DNA from: Octopus vulgaris
Taxonomy: Eukaryota
Assembly: GCA_951406725.2 (NCBI GenBank)
Contig: OX597832.1
Span: 37,634,001-37,698,000 of the forward strand
Length of the DNA: 64,000 nt
Direction of reading: 5' to 3'
Shown one piece after another: positions 38,879 through 52,889 of this stretch. How positions within the stretch are numbered: the first letter of the stretch is position 1; the number at the start of each line of letters is the position of its first letter. The notes beneath the pieces are model-generated. The model was given only the letters and a program-made list of their open reading frames with translations. It searched no databases and had not been told where the DNA came from. Position numbers and translations under genes: made by a program.

Positions 38879-39304
38879 CTAGCAGTATCGCCCGGCGTTG
38901 CTCGGGTTTGTAAGGGAAATAACTATATAAGCATTTTTAGAGATGTAAAGTATAATAGCCAAATAATAGCCAAATAATAATAAAGTATAATATGGCTAAC
39001 CACAAAGGAGGGGGGTGTTACTGTAGCTTTTTACGTTCTGAGATTTAATAATACATTTTTAGAGAGTTACTTCCCTTATATAATAGCAAAAAAAATGCAT
39101 TGAAAATGGGAAAAAATGATGGTAAATCTTTTTTTAAATCGTAGACTCATCGTAGACGCGCGCTAATACCCAGAAGGGCTCGATATGAATCACGACTATA
39201 AGATACCCGGTTTTGGTTAAACTGCACCGCAAAATGTGGGAGTAGTTAGGAATCTAAATCGTAGGAGACAGACACTCACACAACTTCACTTTTATATATA
39301 TAGA
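38879..39304 (-). mobile_element. Non-autonomous Helitron of a second subfamily
   Basis: Same CTAG and hairpin 3' end as 16530-16912, an A|TC 5' end, and a different 5' half. Confidence 0.82.
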
Positions 39305-40470
39305 TTATGTACACGTCGACTCCTACGGAATTTTCGAACGCGGACGAATGTTCTATTCAGTGGAATCGCCCTCAGTATTTTACCGGTGTTTGCCCACTTA
39401 GTGTTTGATGATTAATCTACAAGGAAATGATCAACATTATGATGTTACTATCAAATATGGCGCAACTATTAAAGCTTCGGGTCCGGTTCTCCATTATGTC
39501 TGCCTTTTACGTTGTCATTCTTCGTCGTTCTTGTAAACGGGAATTCGAAATACAGTATAGATTCCGTTGCCTTTTAGTAGCAATTTGTATTTTGTTGCCT
39601 TATAATTTAGGGAAACTTTATCCTGTTTGAAGTCATCGTTATTTTTACTTTCGAAAAATCCATATTAGCTGCATGTTAAGTGGATCGCTTAGGTATAATA
39701 TATAAAATTTACATAGTAACAGGCAAAACTGAATAAATTACTATCTCAGAAAGGCATCATGTCTTTAAATGACGTGCCTATAAAAAAAAAAGCAAATATG
39801 TTCCACTGAGCTACAGAATATATCAATAGATTTTAACAAAATTCTATGTAATAGAGAGATGTTAGCACTTTACCATTATATATAATATCTTCATGGCGAA
39901 GAGAATGTACATATATTCCACAGAAGTTTGTGGTATTAAGAAATCTTTATGCCAGTCATATATTAATATACGTACGCACGCATGCGCAATCACAAACACA
40001 ACGTACTTACGCGACAACACACGAAACCCACAAACACTTCCACACACACGCACATACACTCTCTCCCTCACATACACACGTACACGTACATATACACACA
40101 AAAATCCTTGACCAAAGCGCATACACCTGAAAAGTTTCAACTCAATCAACGTATAGTCTTCAATGAATTAATTAAGCAAAATGTTTATACATAGATGTAT
40201 GTGTGTGCGTGTATGTTCAGCTATAAACCCAAATATTTTAGCCATAACCAGAAACCTTTGATACATAAACAAGCATATGAAAACCAGATGATGCCGCGTG
40301 CACACATACAAAACAATTACAATCAAAGAAGAATATTTAAAAAAAAAAAGATTTACTTCAAAGAAATAGGGACCACTGACCAAAAGAAAGTTTATTTTAT
40401 TTGAGTCACACTGACCGTAATAAAATTACAAATATTTTATTCTTAAGTTTCAACAATGAAATCCAGATGT

Positions 40471-40506
<36 letters not shown>

Positions 40507-40840
40507 AAATACACTCAAAAGAATTATAATTAGAAAGACATGTTCTCATTGAAATAAATCCAAACGCTTTCCGAGAGCCACATTAAAATCCTTCACCCAC
40601 GAAATATAAGTTACAATAGATGTGTCCTTAATTAGTTTCACAGTTAAATTCTCTCAAAAATGTATATCATTAAACCTTAATGTTGACGAAAGCAACAATA
40701 ATTAAAACATATCTCTCCTGCCCTTACCAAAAAAAAGAAAAAATTATATTCCTGCAAACTTGACCAAACAAGCATATCAAACCAAACTTAGCAAAAAACA
40801 CCATTAACAGGCTTGACAAATTAATTATTATTATTATTAT

Positions 40841-40932
40841 GTTTGACTTTTACAAGTTGACTCCAAGTCTCACTCAGAGATCTCAAGAGAGCAACAAGTT
40901 AGAAGTCCATGTAGGTGTTATGTCTAGGGTGA
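40841..40932 (-). mobile_element. 3' UTR fragment of the R4/Dong-type LINE
   Basis: Inverted homologue of 43278-43381, abutting (TTA)n. Confidence 0.8.
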
Positions 40933-41580
40933 CAAGTTCCCCAAATTCTGATTAAAATATTTAACAGGACTACATAAAAAGCTGACTGAGAAATCTAATG
41001 AAATACTAGCAGAACCAGAGACAATGCCTGAATGGCTCACGGAAGGGAAAACCATCTTAATTCTCAAAGCCACGGAAACAGCAAACCCACAAAATTGCAG
41101 ATCGATATCTTGTCTCCCTTCAGTTTACAAAGCCTTCACTGCAATAATATTGCAGAGAATGGGCAAACAGTTATTAGAGATCACCAAGAAAAACATGCTT
41201 TCCAATTGATGTATCGATATCAACAGATGACAATGTATCTCTAAAAAAAAAACGGAGAAACTGTGAAAGTACAAAGACCTGGAAATAGAGGTAACCCGAA
41301 TGTGGAGTCTAAAAGCAATTCCTATAATAATAAGTGCATTAGGTATGATGAGAAAAAAAACATTCTGGCAAATACATAACCAAAACAGCAGGACTTACGG
41401 ATGTATATAACATACAGAAAATAACACTACTAGGCACAAGGATTGGGATGACCCTACATAAGACACTTTCAATACAGTAAAAATAAGAGCAGCACAACGA
41501 ACCTCAGCACATACCCAATACACAAAGAGCTGCGCTCGGTAGTGCAGTGAAAGCACGTTACAAAAATAAGACTCCTGAAT
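40933..41580 (+). mobile_element. Decayed R4/Dong-type LINE fragments (RT N-terminal part plus RLE end and 3' UTR)
   Basis: PEWLTEGKTILILK...NPQNCRSISCLPSVYKAFTAII, then KYKDLEIEVTRMWSLK, followed by an (ATA)n tail. Confidence 0.8.
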
Positions 41581-41731
41581 GATAATAATAATAATAATAA
41601 TAATGATAATAATAATAATAATAGTAATAATAATAATTTCTACAATAGGCAAAAGGCCTGAAATGTAGAGGAGAAGACTAGAAGATTACATCGGCCCCAG
41701 TGTTTCATTGGTACTTAATTTGATATTGATA

Positions 41732-43381
41732 CCACCATAGACAGCATCAAGCAAAAGGTATGTGATAAAGCTGCCCGCATAGCAAGATATGAAAACAGTG
41801 TTAGATTCTTCAAGGACAACATGCTCGAAAATAATCCCAAAAACTTTTACAGGAAGATGGGGAAAATATCAGTTACAGTAAAGTCTGTCCCATCAAAAGA
41901 AGAAGTGCAGGAATTTTGGAATAAAATTTGGGCAGAAGAAAAAACACACAATGAAAAGGCCCCTTGGATTGATAGAATATCAACAGACTTAGAATCCTTA
42001 GAAGAGCAAAAGTGGGAAGGTGTCAAGGTAGAAGATGTGAGATCTACTCTCAGAAAGTGAAGTAAATGGAAGTCCCCAGGAAAGGATAAAATTCCTAACT
42101 TCTGGTTGAATGCCTCCCCAGAGAGCCAAGAACTGCTAACAAAACTTTACAACAATGTTTTGCAACATCCTTGAATGATTCTCTCTTGGCAAGTTAATGG
42201 TGTAACCTTCCTACTTCCAAAAAATGAAGAAGCAAATTAACCAAAATATTATCAACCATAACCTGCTTAACAACAATGTATAAAACGCTAACATCTGTCC
42301 TGAATGAAAATACCTATTGTTTTTTTAATAGAAAGTGACATATTCCCTGATGAGCAAAAAGGATGTAAACGTGGATCCTATTGTTGTGAAGATCAGCTAC
42401 TCATCAATAGGATGATCTTGGAAGATTTCACAAACGACACAAAAACATGTCAATAGCATGGATAGACTATAAAAAAGCTTTTGATAGCCCTCTCAAGAGG
42501 CAAGAAAGACCTCTCAATGGCAAATACCCAAAGAGAGCTAATAATACCGATGCTGATAAAACCCTTCTCCATCAATAGCTAATGGCTTCTGGCTTAAAAT
42601 CAGAAACAGAAGAGTTTATTATAGCAGCTCAAGATCAATGCCTACCTACAAGGAACTACCAGGCTAACGTTAAAGAACGGTAGCTTCCCAACATGTAGTG
42701 TATGTCAACAATAAAATGAAACCATTGATCATGTTGTCTCCAAGTGCAGTCTTCTTGCGCTTACAGAGTATCTCAACAGGCATAATAGAGCTGCACAATA
42801 TATTCACTGGGTAATTTGCAAAAGCCTGGACTTGCCCCATGATAAAAACTGGTGGGAATAAATACCACCTCCAGTGCTTGAAAATGATCACATCTCACTC
42901 CTCTGGAACTTCACCATTCAAACTAACAGAAAGATAGATGCAAATAGGCCAGACATTATATTGAAAGACTTCAGACAAAAATTATGCCTAAAAAATTATG
43001 ACTGTCTCAGTCGATATATATGTATATGTCAAGACCTACCAAAACTGAGCAAATATAAAGATCTTGAAATAGAAATTGGCAAAATGCGGAACCTGAAGAC
43101 TAAAACAATACCTGTTGTCATAGCAAAAGGGGTTGATTGCTACCTAGCTCAGATACTAGGAAACCCCAAAATGGCAGAAATTCAAAAGATAGTGCTCATG
43201 GGAACTGCTCGTATCCTACGTAAAATACTGACTATGTAATTTCAAATTTTAAAACAAACATAATTTTCTTATATATGGCACCCTTGGCATAACACCAACA
43301 TGAACTTCTAACTTTTTGTCTCTTGAGGTCTCTGGGTGAGACTTGGAGTCAACTTATACAAATGCAAAGCAAAAGTCAAAC
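41732..43381 (+). mobile_element. R4/Dong-type RLE LINE, 5'-truncated and missing the RT core
   Basis: WKSPGKDKIPNFW, EQKGCK, AWIDYKKAFDS, then a jump to FIIAAQDQCLPTRNY. CCHC-like C..C...ETIDHVVSKC and RLE NRPDII...KYKDLEIEI follow, then a stop at 43239, a 3' UTR and an (AAT)n tail. Confidence 0.9.
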
Positions 43382-43382
43382 A

Positions 43383-43437
<55 letters not shown>

Positions 43438-43794
43438 GCAACAAATGATAAATAATAACAATGCTAACAATTTTCCCAATAATAATCATAAAATAATAAT
43501 TTTTAAAAGTTGCTTGAAGTCTGAATTATAAAGAAAATTGTTAAAAAATAATTGATCTCAGAAGAATAAGTTCTAATGTAACTGTAGAGTAAATGACAAT
43601 TGTTTACTAAGAGGATATTGTCAGCGTAAAAATGCGGGATGTAAATAAAAGAATAGAATGCAGTTATTCTAAAATTTATGTTGTATCTCCTCCAAGTTGA
43701 AAAATGAAAAGGAGAAAGATTTTATCTTACGTATATGTATTTCTATCATTTTCTTTTGAAAAACTTAAATATCCTTCTTTTGTATCTTTTATCT

Positions 43795-44031
43795 TCTCTT
43801 GTTTCTTTTATCTTTTCTTTGTCTTGGTCATTTGACTGCGGCCATGCTGGGGCATCGCCTTGAAGAAACTTTGGTCGAATGAATCGACCCCGATAGTTAT
43901 TGTCTGTTTTAAGCCTGGTACTTGTTATATCGGTTTCTTTTTGCCGAAGCGCTAAGTCACGGGGACGTAAACAAACCAGCACCGGTTGTCAAGTTGTGGC
44001 GGGAGACAAACACTGACACAAAGACACAAAC

Positions 44032-44094
<63 letters not shown>

Positions 44095-44248
44095 ACACAC
44101 ACACATGCTTGTCCCATCAACCACATCCAAAAGGCTTTGTTCGGCCCGAGGTTACAGCGGAAAACACTTGTTCAAGGTGCCTCGCAGTGGGACTGAACCC
44201 GGAGCCATGTGGTTGGTAAGCAAGCTACTCACCACACAACCATGCCTG
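43795..44248 (-). mobile_element. SINE family B
   Basis: Reverse complement of 28366-28798 with an internal (CA)n. Confidence 0.85.
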
Positions 44249-44790
44249 GCCTTATTGAATATAATTTAATCTAAAATCGAAAGGTGTCATATATAATGTA
44301 GAATAGTGTACAAAGCAGATCTGAAGTAACTTTGCCATCACGTGGGAAGACGACGATGAGGAAAACCGGGAAGGCTGGAGGCCTTGTCTTGCTGCCCGAT
44401 GTAGGGGTCAATGTAGAAGGAAGAACTAAGACTAAAAATATGGTAATCAACTTCGCCAAATGGCATTAAGGAATCAGAAAGTATTGTCTTCTGAATATTA
44501 TAATCATTACCGGGGTGGTGTTTGATTTGCATTATGCATATTGTAACAAAAAAAAGAAAAAAAAGAAAGAAAAGAAAAAGAAATAAATAAAAAAATGTTC
44601 CTGATAAAATTACATCCTCATTAAATTCGACTAAATGAACTATATGATAATTACAGCGTTAATGTTATTTTCGCTCAACGAAAGAGCTGTAGATCTCAAT
44701 AAAAGACATTTTTTTGAAATACGATTGCTATCATTTGTTTTCTAGTTTTACACGCAAGCACACATGCACACACATATCTATGTATGTACA

Positions 44791-44823
<33 letters not shown>

Positions 44824-45012
44824 ATGTATGTATGTATGTATGTATGTATGTAGTGTATTGTTCCGTGGTGGTAATATTAGAAAAAAATGAACTCCAAATA
44901 TTTTTATGAACTACTTTTAGTTTTATGCGATGAAACTATTTGTAGCTCATAAAAATATTTATTGTGGTTATTAAATAATATATATACATACAAACACACA
45001 CGTATATATATA

Positions 45013-45410
<398 letters not shown>

Positions 45411-45543
45411 TATCTGTTTGAACATGATTTCACATAAAAAAATCTTGCATAGGAAAGACATATTATATACATGTGTGTGTGTGTTTAAAAGAGTTAACAC
45501 GCGCACATGTAGAGATAAGTGCGCAGGTAGGTAGATATGTCTG

Positions 45544-45653
<110 letters not shown>

Positions 45654-45748
45654 ACTCTCTCCTCTATCTATCTCTATCTATCTATCTATCTACCTATCTA
45701 TCTGTCTATCTATCTGTGTGTGTATATTTATATATATATGTATGTATG

Positions 45749-45801
<53 letters not shown>

Positions 45802-45823
45802 GTATGTATGTATGTGTATATAT

Positions 45824-45899
<76 letters not shown>

Positions 45900-46674
45900 A
45901 GATAGATAGATATATAGATAGATAGATAGATAGATAGATATCCGTCTTGTGTGTCCAAGTCTAGTAGTAATAGTAGTAGTAGTAGCTTTTGCAGTAGTAG
46001 CAGTTGTTTAAACTCTATATCATATACAGCGTCATCTTTTGATGTGTTTAATATGTAAATACGTGCAGAGAGAAATTTGTCACATAAAGCCACGAATAAT
46101 AACAATTTGCAAATAAAAAAAGAAAGAATATGTAACAAAGAAAATCCCTAAAAAATCTCTGACAGTATAAATATCTTTCGTATAAAATAAAAAGAGAGAG
46201 AGAAGAAAGGACTTCATGGATTGTGGTTCAAGGTTCCAGCATTTATATGTTTTCTATGATAATAAGAACAGATTAGAATTAAACAGCTCGAGTTGTTTTA
46301 ATTTCGCCTAAAATAGATTTGGGAATAAGTATTGGCACTGAAAATACAAATCCTCCGACGACATGTGGTAAAAAATATAGAGGAAAATTAAAATAATACT
46401 AACAGATTTATTGTTTGTTTTCTATGTAAGTTAAATATACAGCTATTTCAAAGTTAATATATATTGCAGTAAGTAATGGGTTTCTATACCCCTACACATA
46501 CGCGAGGAGAAGAAATATATAAACACAACATCACGGACCCTACAAGTATAATTATATGGGAATGTGTGTGTGAGTGCATCCCATATTTCTATCTGCCTCT
46601 CTCTAAGCATGTCTGTGCGTAGGGTATCATGTGAATTAATATGTGCATACGTTCGTATGTGTCTATCTATAGGC

Positions 46675-47062
46675 CGACTTGGTCATGTGATACGATGTTT
46701 GCTTCCCAACCACATGGTTCCAGGTTCAGTCCCACAACATGGCAAATTGGGCGAGTGGCTTCTACTGTGGCTCCGGGGTGACCAAACCCTTATTAGTAAA
46801 TTAAGTAGACGGAAACCCGAAAGAAACCTGTGGTATATATATATGATATGTATGTGTGTGTTTATGTTTGTGTTCGTCCCTCATCACCGCTTGACTACCG
46901 GTGTTGGTTCGTTTACGTCACCCGTAACTTAGTAGTTCGGCGGATGGTTCCGATAGAATAAGTACCAGGTTTTAAAAAGTTAAGTACAAAGGTGATTTTT
47001 TCGACTAAAACCTTCAAGGTGGTGCTCCAGAATCGCTGCAGTCCAATCATATAAAAGACAAA

Positions 47063-47065
<3 letters not shown>
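46675..47065 (+). mobile_element. SINE family B
   Basis: CCCAACCACATGGTTCCAGGTTCAGTCCCAC...CGATAGAATAAGTACCAGG...GGTGCTCCAG. Confidence 0.85.
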
Positions 47066-47115
<50 letters not shown>

Positions 47116-48457
47116 ACTCTCCCAACAACTGCACAGATGATTCGTTTATAGTGATCAAATGTTTGTGTAGACATGAGCTCACTCTCTTCCATCAGATCGA
47201 CATTACCTGTACAGGTGCAACTGGGTGCCACATGTCAAATATCGAAATGATTGCAAAGCAACGTGAAATGAATTAATTTGCTCAAGAACACAACGCAAAA
47301 CCCAGTCTGTGAATCGAACCCACGATCTCACAAACGTAAGTAGAATACCTTAACCACTAAGCCATACGCCTATAAATATATAATGATAGATATAGAAATA
47401 GCTAGAAACAAAATGAGGTGGATAGATAGATAAATGGATAGATCGATCGATCGATAGAGATAGATAGGTATGTATGTATGTATGTATGTATGTATGTATG
47501 TATGTATGTATGTATGTAGGTAGGTAGGTAGATGTATGAATTGTTAGGTAGATATATAAACAAATAGATGGGTATGCAAATATGTCGTAAACTCGAATGA
47601 AACGTTTGTCAAATTTTCCAGATTCAATAAAGTTTAATATTTTACATTAATTTTAATATCGAATGTCTTGTATTTATGTACTTGCACCCTCCCACGCACA
47701 TGCATACACATACGTAACCTCCTTGTGACGTCAACAATCATAAAATCCGCACATGCCTCTACCTGCTTTTCTCCGGCTGATGGGACATACGTCTAGCTAC
47801 ACATCGGTATGGGTCTCTAAAACTTCTTGAAGGACAGAAAGAAAACCTTTATTCTCTGAAAACTCAGACATTTTCTCTCCTAACTAACCTTCTTACGCAC
47901 AAATTCGACAGGCAAGGAGGCACTATCTTCTGTGACATACCCTCCCCAAAGCATTTTTTGTCTGTAGGGTTAACAACTGATATAATTTTCCTATTAGTCG
48001 TGTTGTTTAATTTGTACAGATTTTTCCTTCATTAAAATCAAAACTAGTTTCCAGTACTCTTCATTTTGTGACTTCTGTTGTAGAAGTGAAAGTAACTTAG
48101 TTCGAATTCCTGTCTTTGCATATGTCTTTTAGTATACTATAAGTTGGAGAAGTGTTTCAGGCGACTGTCTTGCAACGCATATATTTATTGCAATTGGCTA
48201 TTCACCAGATATGTTTAAAACAGTTATAATTTCTAAAGACAATAATTTCCTCTCCCTAAAGTAATGGGGGTAGACTTCCAAAAGTTTTGAAGCTCTTTCG
48301 TGTAGAAAACGTCACTCCACATTTCTAATACATTTTTCAAAAAATTAATCTAGATGAAAATGTCTAAGCTGAGATCTGTGAATTGAGGCCATTGACAGCG
48401 AGCAAGAACAACATAACAACAGTGACTCCGAAGATGATGATGATGATGATTTTTTTA

Positions 48458-48655
48458 AGCACGAGGCCAGCAATGTTTAATGAAGGTATTCGTCGATACC
48501 ATCAATCGCAGTACTTGGTTGGTTCTGGATTGATTTTTACCGACACCGAAACGATGAAAAGCAGAGTTACCCTCGGCGTGATTTGAACTTAGATTGCAAA
48601 GGACTGTAACTAACTACCACTACGCATTTTGTATGGTGCTCTAACGATTCTCCCA
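48458..48655 (-). mobile_element. SINE family A, degenerate
   Basis: Diverged reverse complement of the core and head. Confidence 0.7.
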
Positions 48656-48762
48656 AAAATAATGATATTAATAAAACTTATAGTAATATGGGTTCCTAAC
48701 CACAGAGAAATGGTATCTGTACAAACTAGATAAGGTTCTAAAAATTCAGACAGACAGACAGA

Positions 48763-48798
<36 letters not shown>

Positions 48799-49073
48799 CT
48801 ACATGCATACATACGTACACACACAAACAGACGTATACATACACATAAACGCACACACACCCCACCCCACGCCAATAAACCTATATATATTAAAATTTCG
48901 CTTAGGTATAGCGATGCTAATAACCTGATACTAGAACTCAGATTTAATGTTCCGAGGAAGCTACAAAGTGATGCGCAAGCACTTATCTCTGAGTGCATCA
49001 TATCTCATAGCAGAAACTGCTGAACGATACTGGGATCCATAGCATAATTTCCTGTTTCTTTGTCATTTATTTA

Positions 49074-49128
<55 letters not shown>

Positions 49129-49301
49129 TTGCAGCGTATTACCAACAAATGACAACTAATGTTTGTTTTACCTTACTGAGAAATCACAACGTCGTAGTCC
49201 CTTGCCAGTCCTGGTGACCTACATGTTGATGCTCCAAGATTCCAGAGAATTCTGTAACTAATCTATCTATCTGTCTGTCTGTCTGTCTATCTGTCTGTCT
49301 G

Positions 49302-49371
<70 letters not shown>

Positions 49372-49489
49372 TGTAAACATACATACATTCACATATCATT
49401 ATCATTATCTCTATGTTATTTGTCTCTTAACTATCTCTTATGAGTGAGTGTACTTATATTTCCTATAGTAACGCATTTTTTGCTATTAC

Positions 49490-49544
<55 letters not shown>

Positions 49545-50359
49545 GCATTGTAATGGAGATTTCTGTTGCAGTCAAGCGAGCCATTACTCTATCCTAGATT
49601 GTCAAGTACTAATTCCATTTTCTAGTAACTTTATCCCTGTAGACAAATCCATCTTTGTTAGTTTGCCTTCAAAACTTAATCCCCGCCAATCCACTTAACG
49701 CTCACTCTTTAAACGCTTAAAAACACACGTATTTCAATGGCGGAAGTAGTTTTCAAGAGGATGCAAGTAGATGGCGGGGATGGCCGTGGGGGTGGGGGGC
49801 AATATAGTGAGAAAAAACTAAAGGTAGAGGAGTAAAAAGAAGTGGAGGAAAGAAGGAAAGAAGGAAGGAAAGAATTCGAAAGCCAACGAAATAGAAAACC
49901 TAGTTGACTAGTGGAAAACTCTGTCCGAATGATAAACTAGCTCCAATATTCTCACATCGTTTGTACGACAAGGAGTTTTATATACTTTGACATTCGGAGA
50001 AAATAAAGAAGCCATTAGCAAAAAGGAAATTTTGGGTTTTTTTTTTATTATGTATGGTTTGTGTAGGAGGGTATTTTTGTTGGTATTTCTTTTACAATTT
50101 TTTTTTCTATTTCTCTTACTTAGCAACATTGTTGATTAAACTGTGAGCAAAAAAAAAAAAGAAGAAAAGAAAAGGGGGCAGTTGATGTGAGCAGAAGTAA
50201 TGAAGTGTAAACAAACAAACCCCGAAATGTTGAAATACAACTAATTACCGTGGTCCCTACTTTCTTCTTTAATATTGTGTTAATGGGTTTGTTATTTCAT
50301 CCAATGGATCACGATACATAGCCACATATGCACGCACACACAAACACACACATACATCC

Positions 50360-50407
<48 letters not shown>

Positions 50408-50413
50408 ATACAT

Positions 50414-50481
<68 letters not shown>

Positions 50482-51542
50482 TAATATATATAATACACAC
50501 ACACACACATATATATATATATTCATTTATTTATCCATATACATATAATTCCAGACAAAAATTCAAAATAGCCCAATAGGCCTACAACTCTTTTACTCAG
50601 CAACAGATCCTCAGTCACTAAGAGACCAATGTACGGCACACCGTTGACAAGCTGTTCCGTTCCTTTCAATGATCCAGTTTATATCTGTCTCTATATCTCT
50701 CTCTCACTCCTTTTTTTTTTTTTGCTGTCTTCAAACTTGTGTTCGTTACATCTTAAACCTTGACACCATTTACATAAAAATCCTGGAAGGCTCATTCACA
50801 ATTTGTTAATATTTCACAGTATTCGTTTAAGTTTCATATGAAGTCCTTTCCTGTGAACAAAACTTAAAGATCCAATTGATAGTTTGTGTCGATCTAAATA
50901 CAAAGATGTTTAAAATAAGATGCTCAGTTAGAATGAAGATCTCAGTAGCACACAACCATTTTTGATCTGTGGACCCCTTTAATTCCTATTTTAATTCCTA
51001 TTTTAGCCATCTGTTATTTAAAAAATCCTGTTATATTTTTGTAATTAAATACTATGAGGAATCGTATTTAAAAAAGTTGCTGAAATATTTTGCGCATTGT
51101 AGAATCATATAAGCAATTCATTGTTGGGGCTTTCTTAACGCAAATGCCACCTGGTTATATTGACAGGTAAAGAGGTGAGTATTTCGCAGACGCGTGGCCC
51201 ATCACCATAAATCGCACGCAGAGTTTGCATGGTACTGGATCGTTCAATTTCAGGTACCTACAATCTGAATGGTTGTCATATAGTTTCCAGGGTTTCAAAT
51301 GCACACAAAGATTGGGTCGATCGCAGACATGTTATAAGATAATTTGAGCAAGCCCTATGTGGTGTGCCTGTGCATAAGCGCGCGCGCGTGTATGTGTGTG
51401 TGTATGTGTGTATGTGTGTATGTGTGGGAGGAGAAAGTCCTCAAACTGAAAAAGTTCAGGAATTTAATTTACCTCCGTTTCAATCTGTTGAATCATCTGA
51501 TTACATTCTGATGAATTGACAAATGAAAACTGGAGTAATAAT

Positions 51543-51580
<38 letters not shown>

Positions 51581-51678
51581 TGCACACACATGCACACACA
51601 TGCACACACACACACACACACACAAATATATATATATATATGTATATTCATATATATATATCTGTGTGTATATGCATA

Positions 51679-51717
<39 letters not shown>

Positions 51718-51847
51718 TATATTTACATATACATATATTTGTGTGTGTATATATATATATATATATACACAAACATATATATTTACATATACATATATAT
51801 ATACACACACACACACACATATATATACATATATGTATATATACATA

Positions 51848-51894
<47 letters not shown>

Positions 51895-52219
51895 CATATA
51901 ATATATGTATATATATACACACATACGTACATGCATACATACGTTCATACATATATACATACATACATACATACACACATACATACATACATACATACAC
52001 ATGGACATATATGTGTGTGTACGTGTGCGTGAGTGTATATATTTGTTTCCTCATTTCCCGAGTGTTGAAATTTGGTTGCAGTTCGTGTTTTATTGTTTTT
52101 TTTTTATTTTGTTTCTTTATATTTTAACAACGATTTCTTGAAATGTTAGTGTAAAATATTAAAATCCATTTCGATCAATTGACGGCCAATAAAGCAAACA
52201 GTCATGGATGAAAGACAAG

Positions 52220-52238
52220 TGGCGCCATCTGTCGGCGA
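52220..52238 (-). promoter_or_regulatory. CTCF-like binding motif
   Basis: TCGCCGACAGATGGCGCCA compared with the consensus TGGCCACCAGGGGGCGCTA, in a short unique island. Confidence 0.45.
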
Positions 52239-52845
52239 CTGAGAGACGCTCAACACTATGTCAGCCATAGTTGTTCACTGTGTAAGTGGATTTATTAATC
52301 ATGCAAGGAAAGGAGGTTGGCGCAAAATCAAGGACTGTGGGTATGTGTGAGTGTGCTGTGTATTTGTTTATGTATGTGTGTTCACACACACACACAAACA
52401 TGTATGCATATGTGTGTGTGAATATGAGTGAATATATATATACGTGTGTGTGTATGTATACGCACACGCATACCATACATATATATATATATATATATAG
52501 ATATTGAAACGTGCATTTATGTACATATTTGTGGGAGGTGGTCGTGTTTGTAGGTGTGTATGTGTGTGTGTGTGTATTTATTTGTTACGTTGTTTGTAAA
52601 CAATTAGTGCCACACCAAAACAAACATAGCAGAAAAAGAGGGTAGGTGAGTAAAAGTGTGTGTATGTCTGTATACAAAAAATACGAATGCTTGTATATAT
52701 ATATATATATACATACATATATACATATATTTACGTGTCTTCATACATATATATATATATATAAATAAGTATGTATGATTGTATTATTTATATATATATA
52801 TATCTACCTCTATAACCATGTACTTATATGTAGGTATACACACAC

Positions 52846-52889
<44 letters not shown>

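Noticed and set aside
51504-51545. CTGATGA-ATT-GACA-AAT-GAAA hammerhead-like motif
   Set aside because: Helix II is weak, helix III is out of register and helix I does not pair.
52202-52270. SWMKDKWRHLSATERR as an HMG-box-like peptide
   Set aside because: It is bounded by nearby stops and has no pyrimidine-rich acceptor. The CTCF-like motif explains the GC content better.
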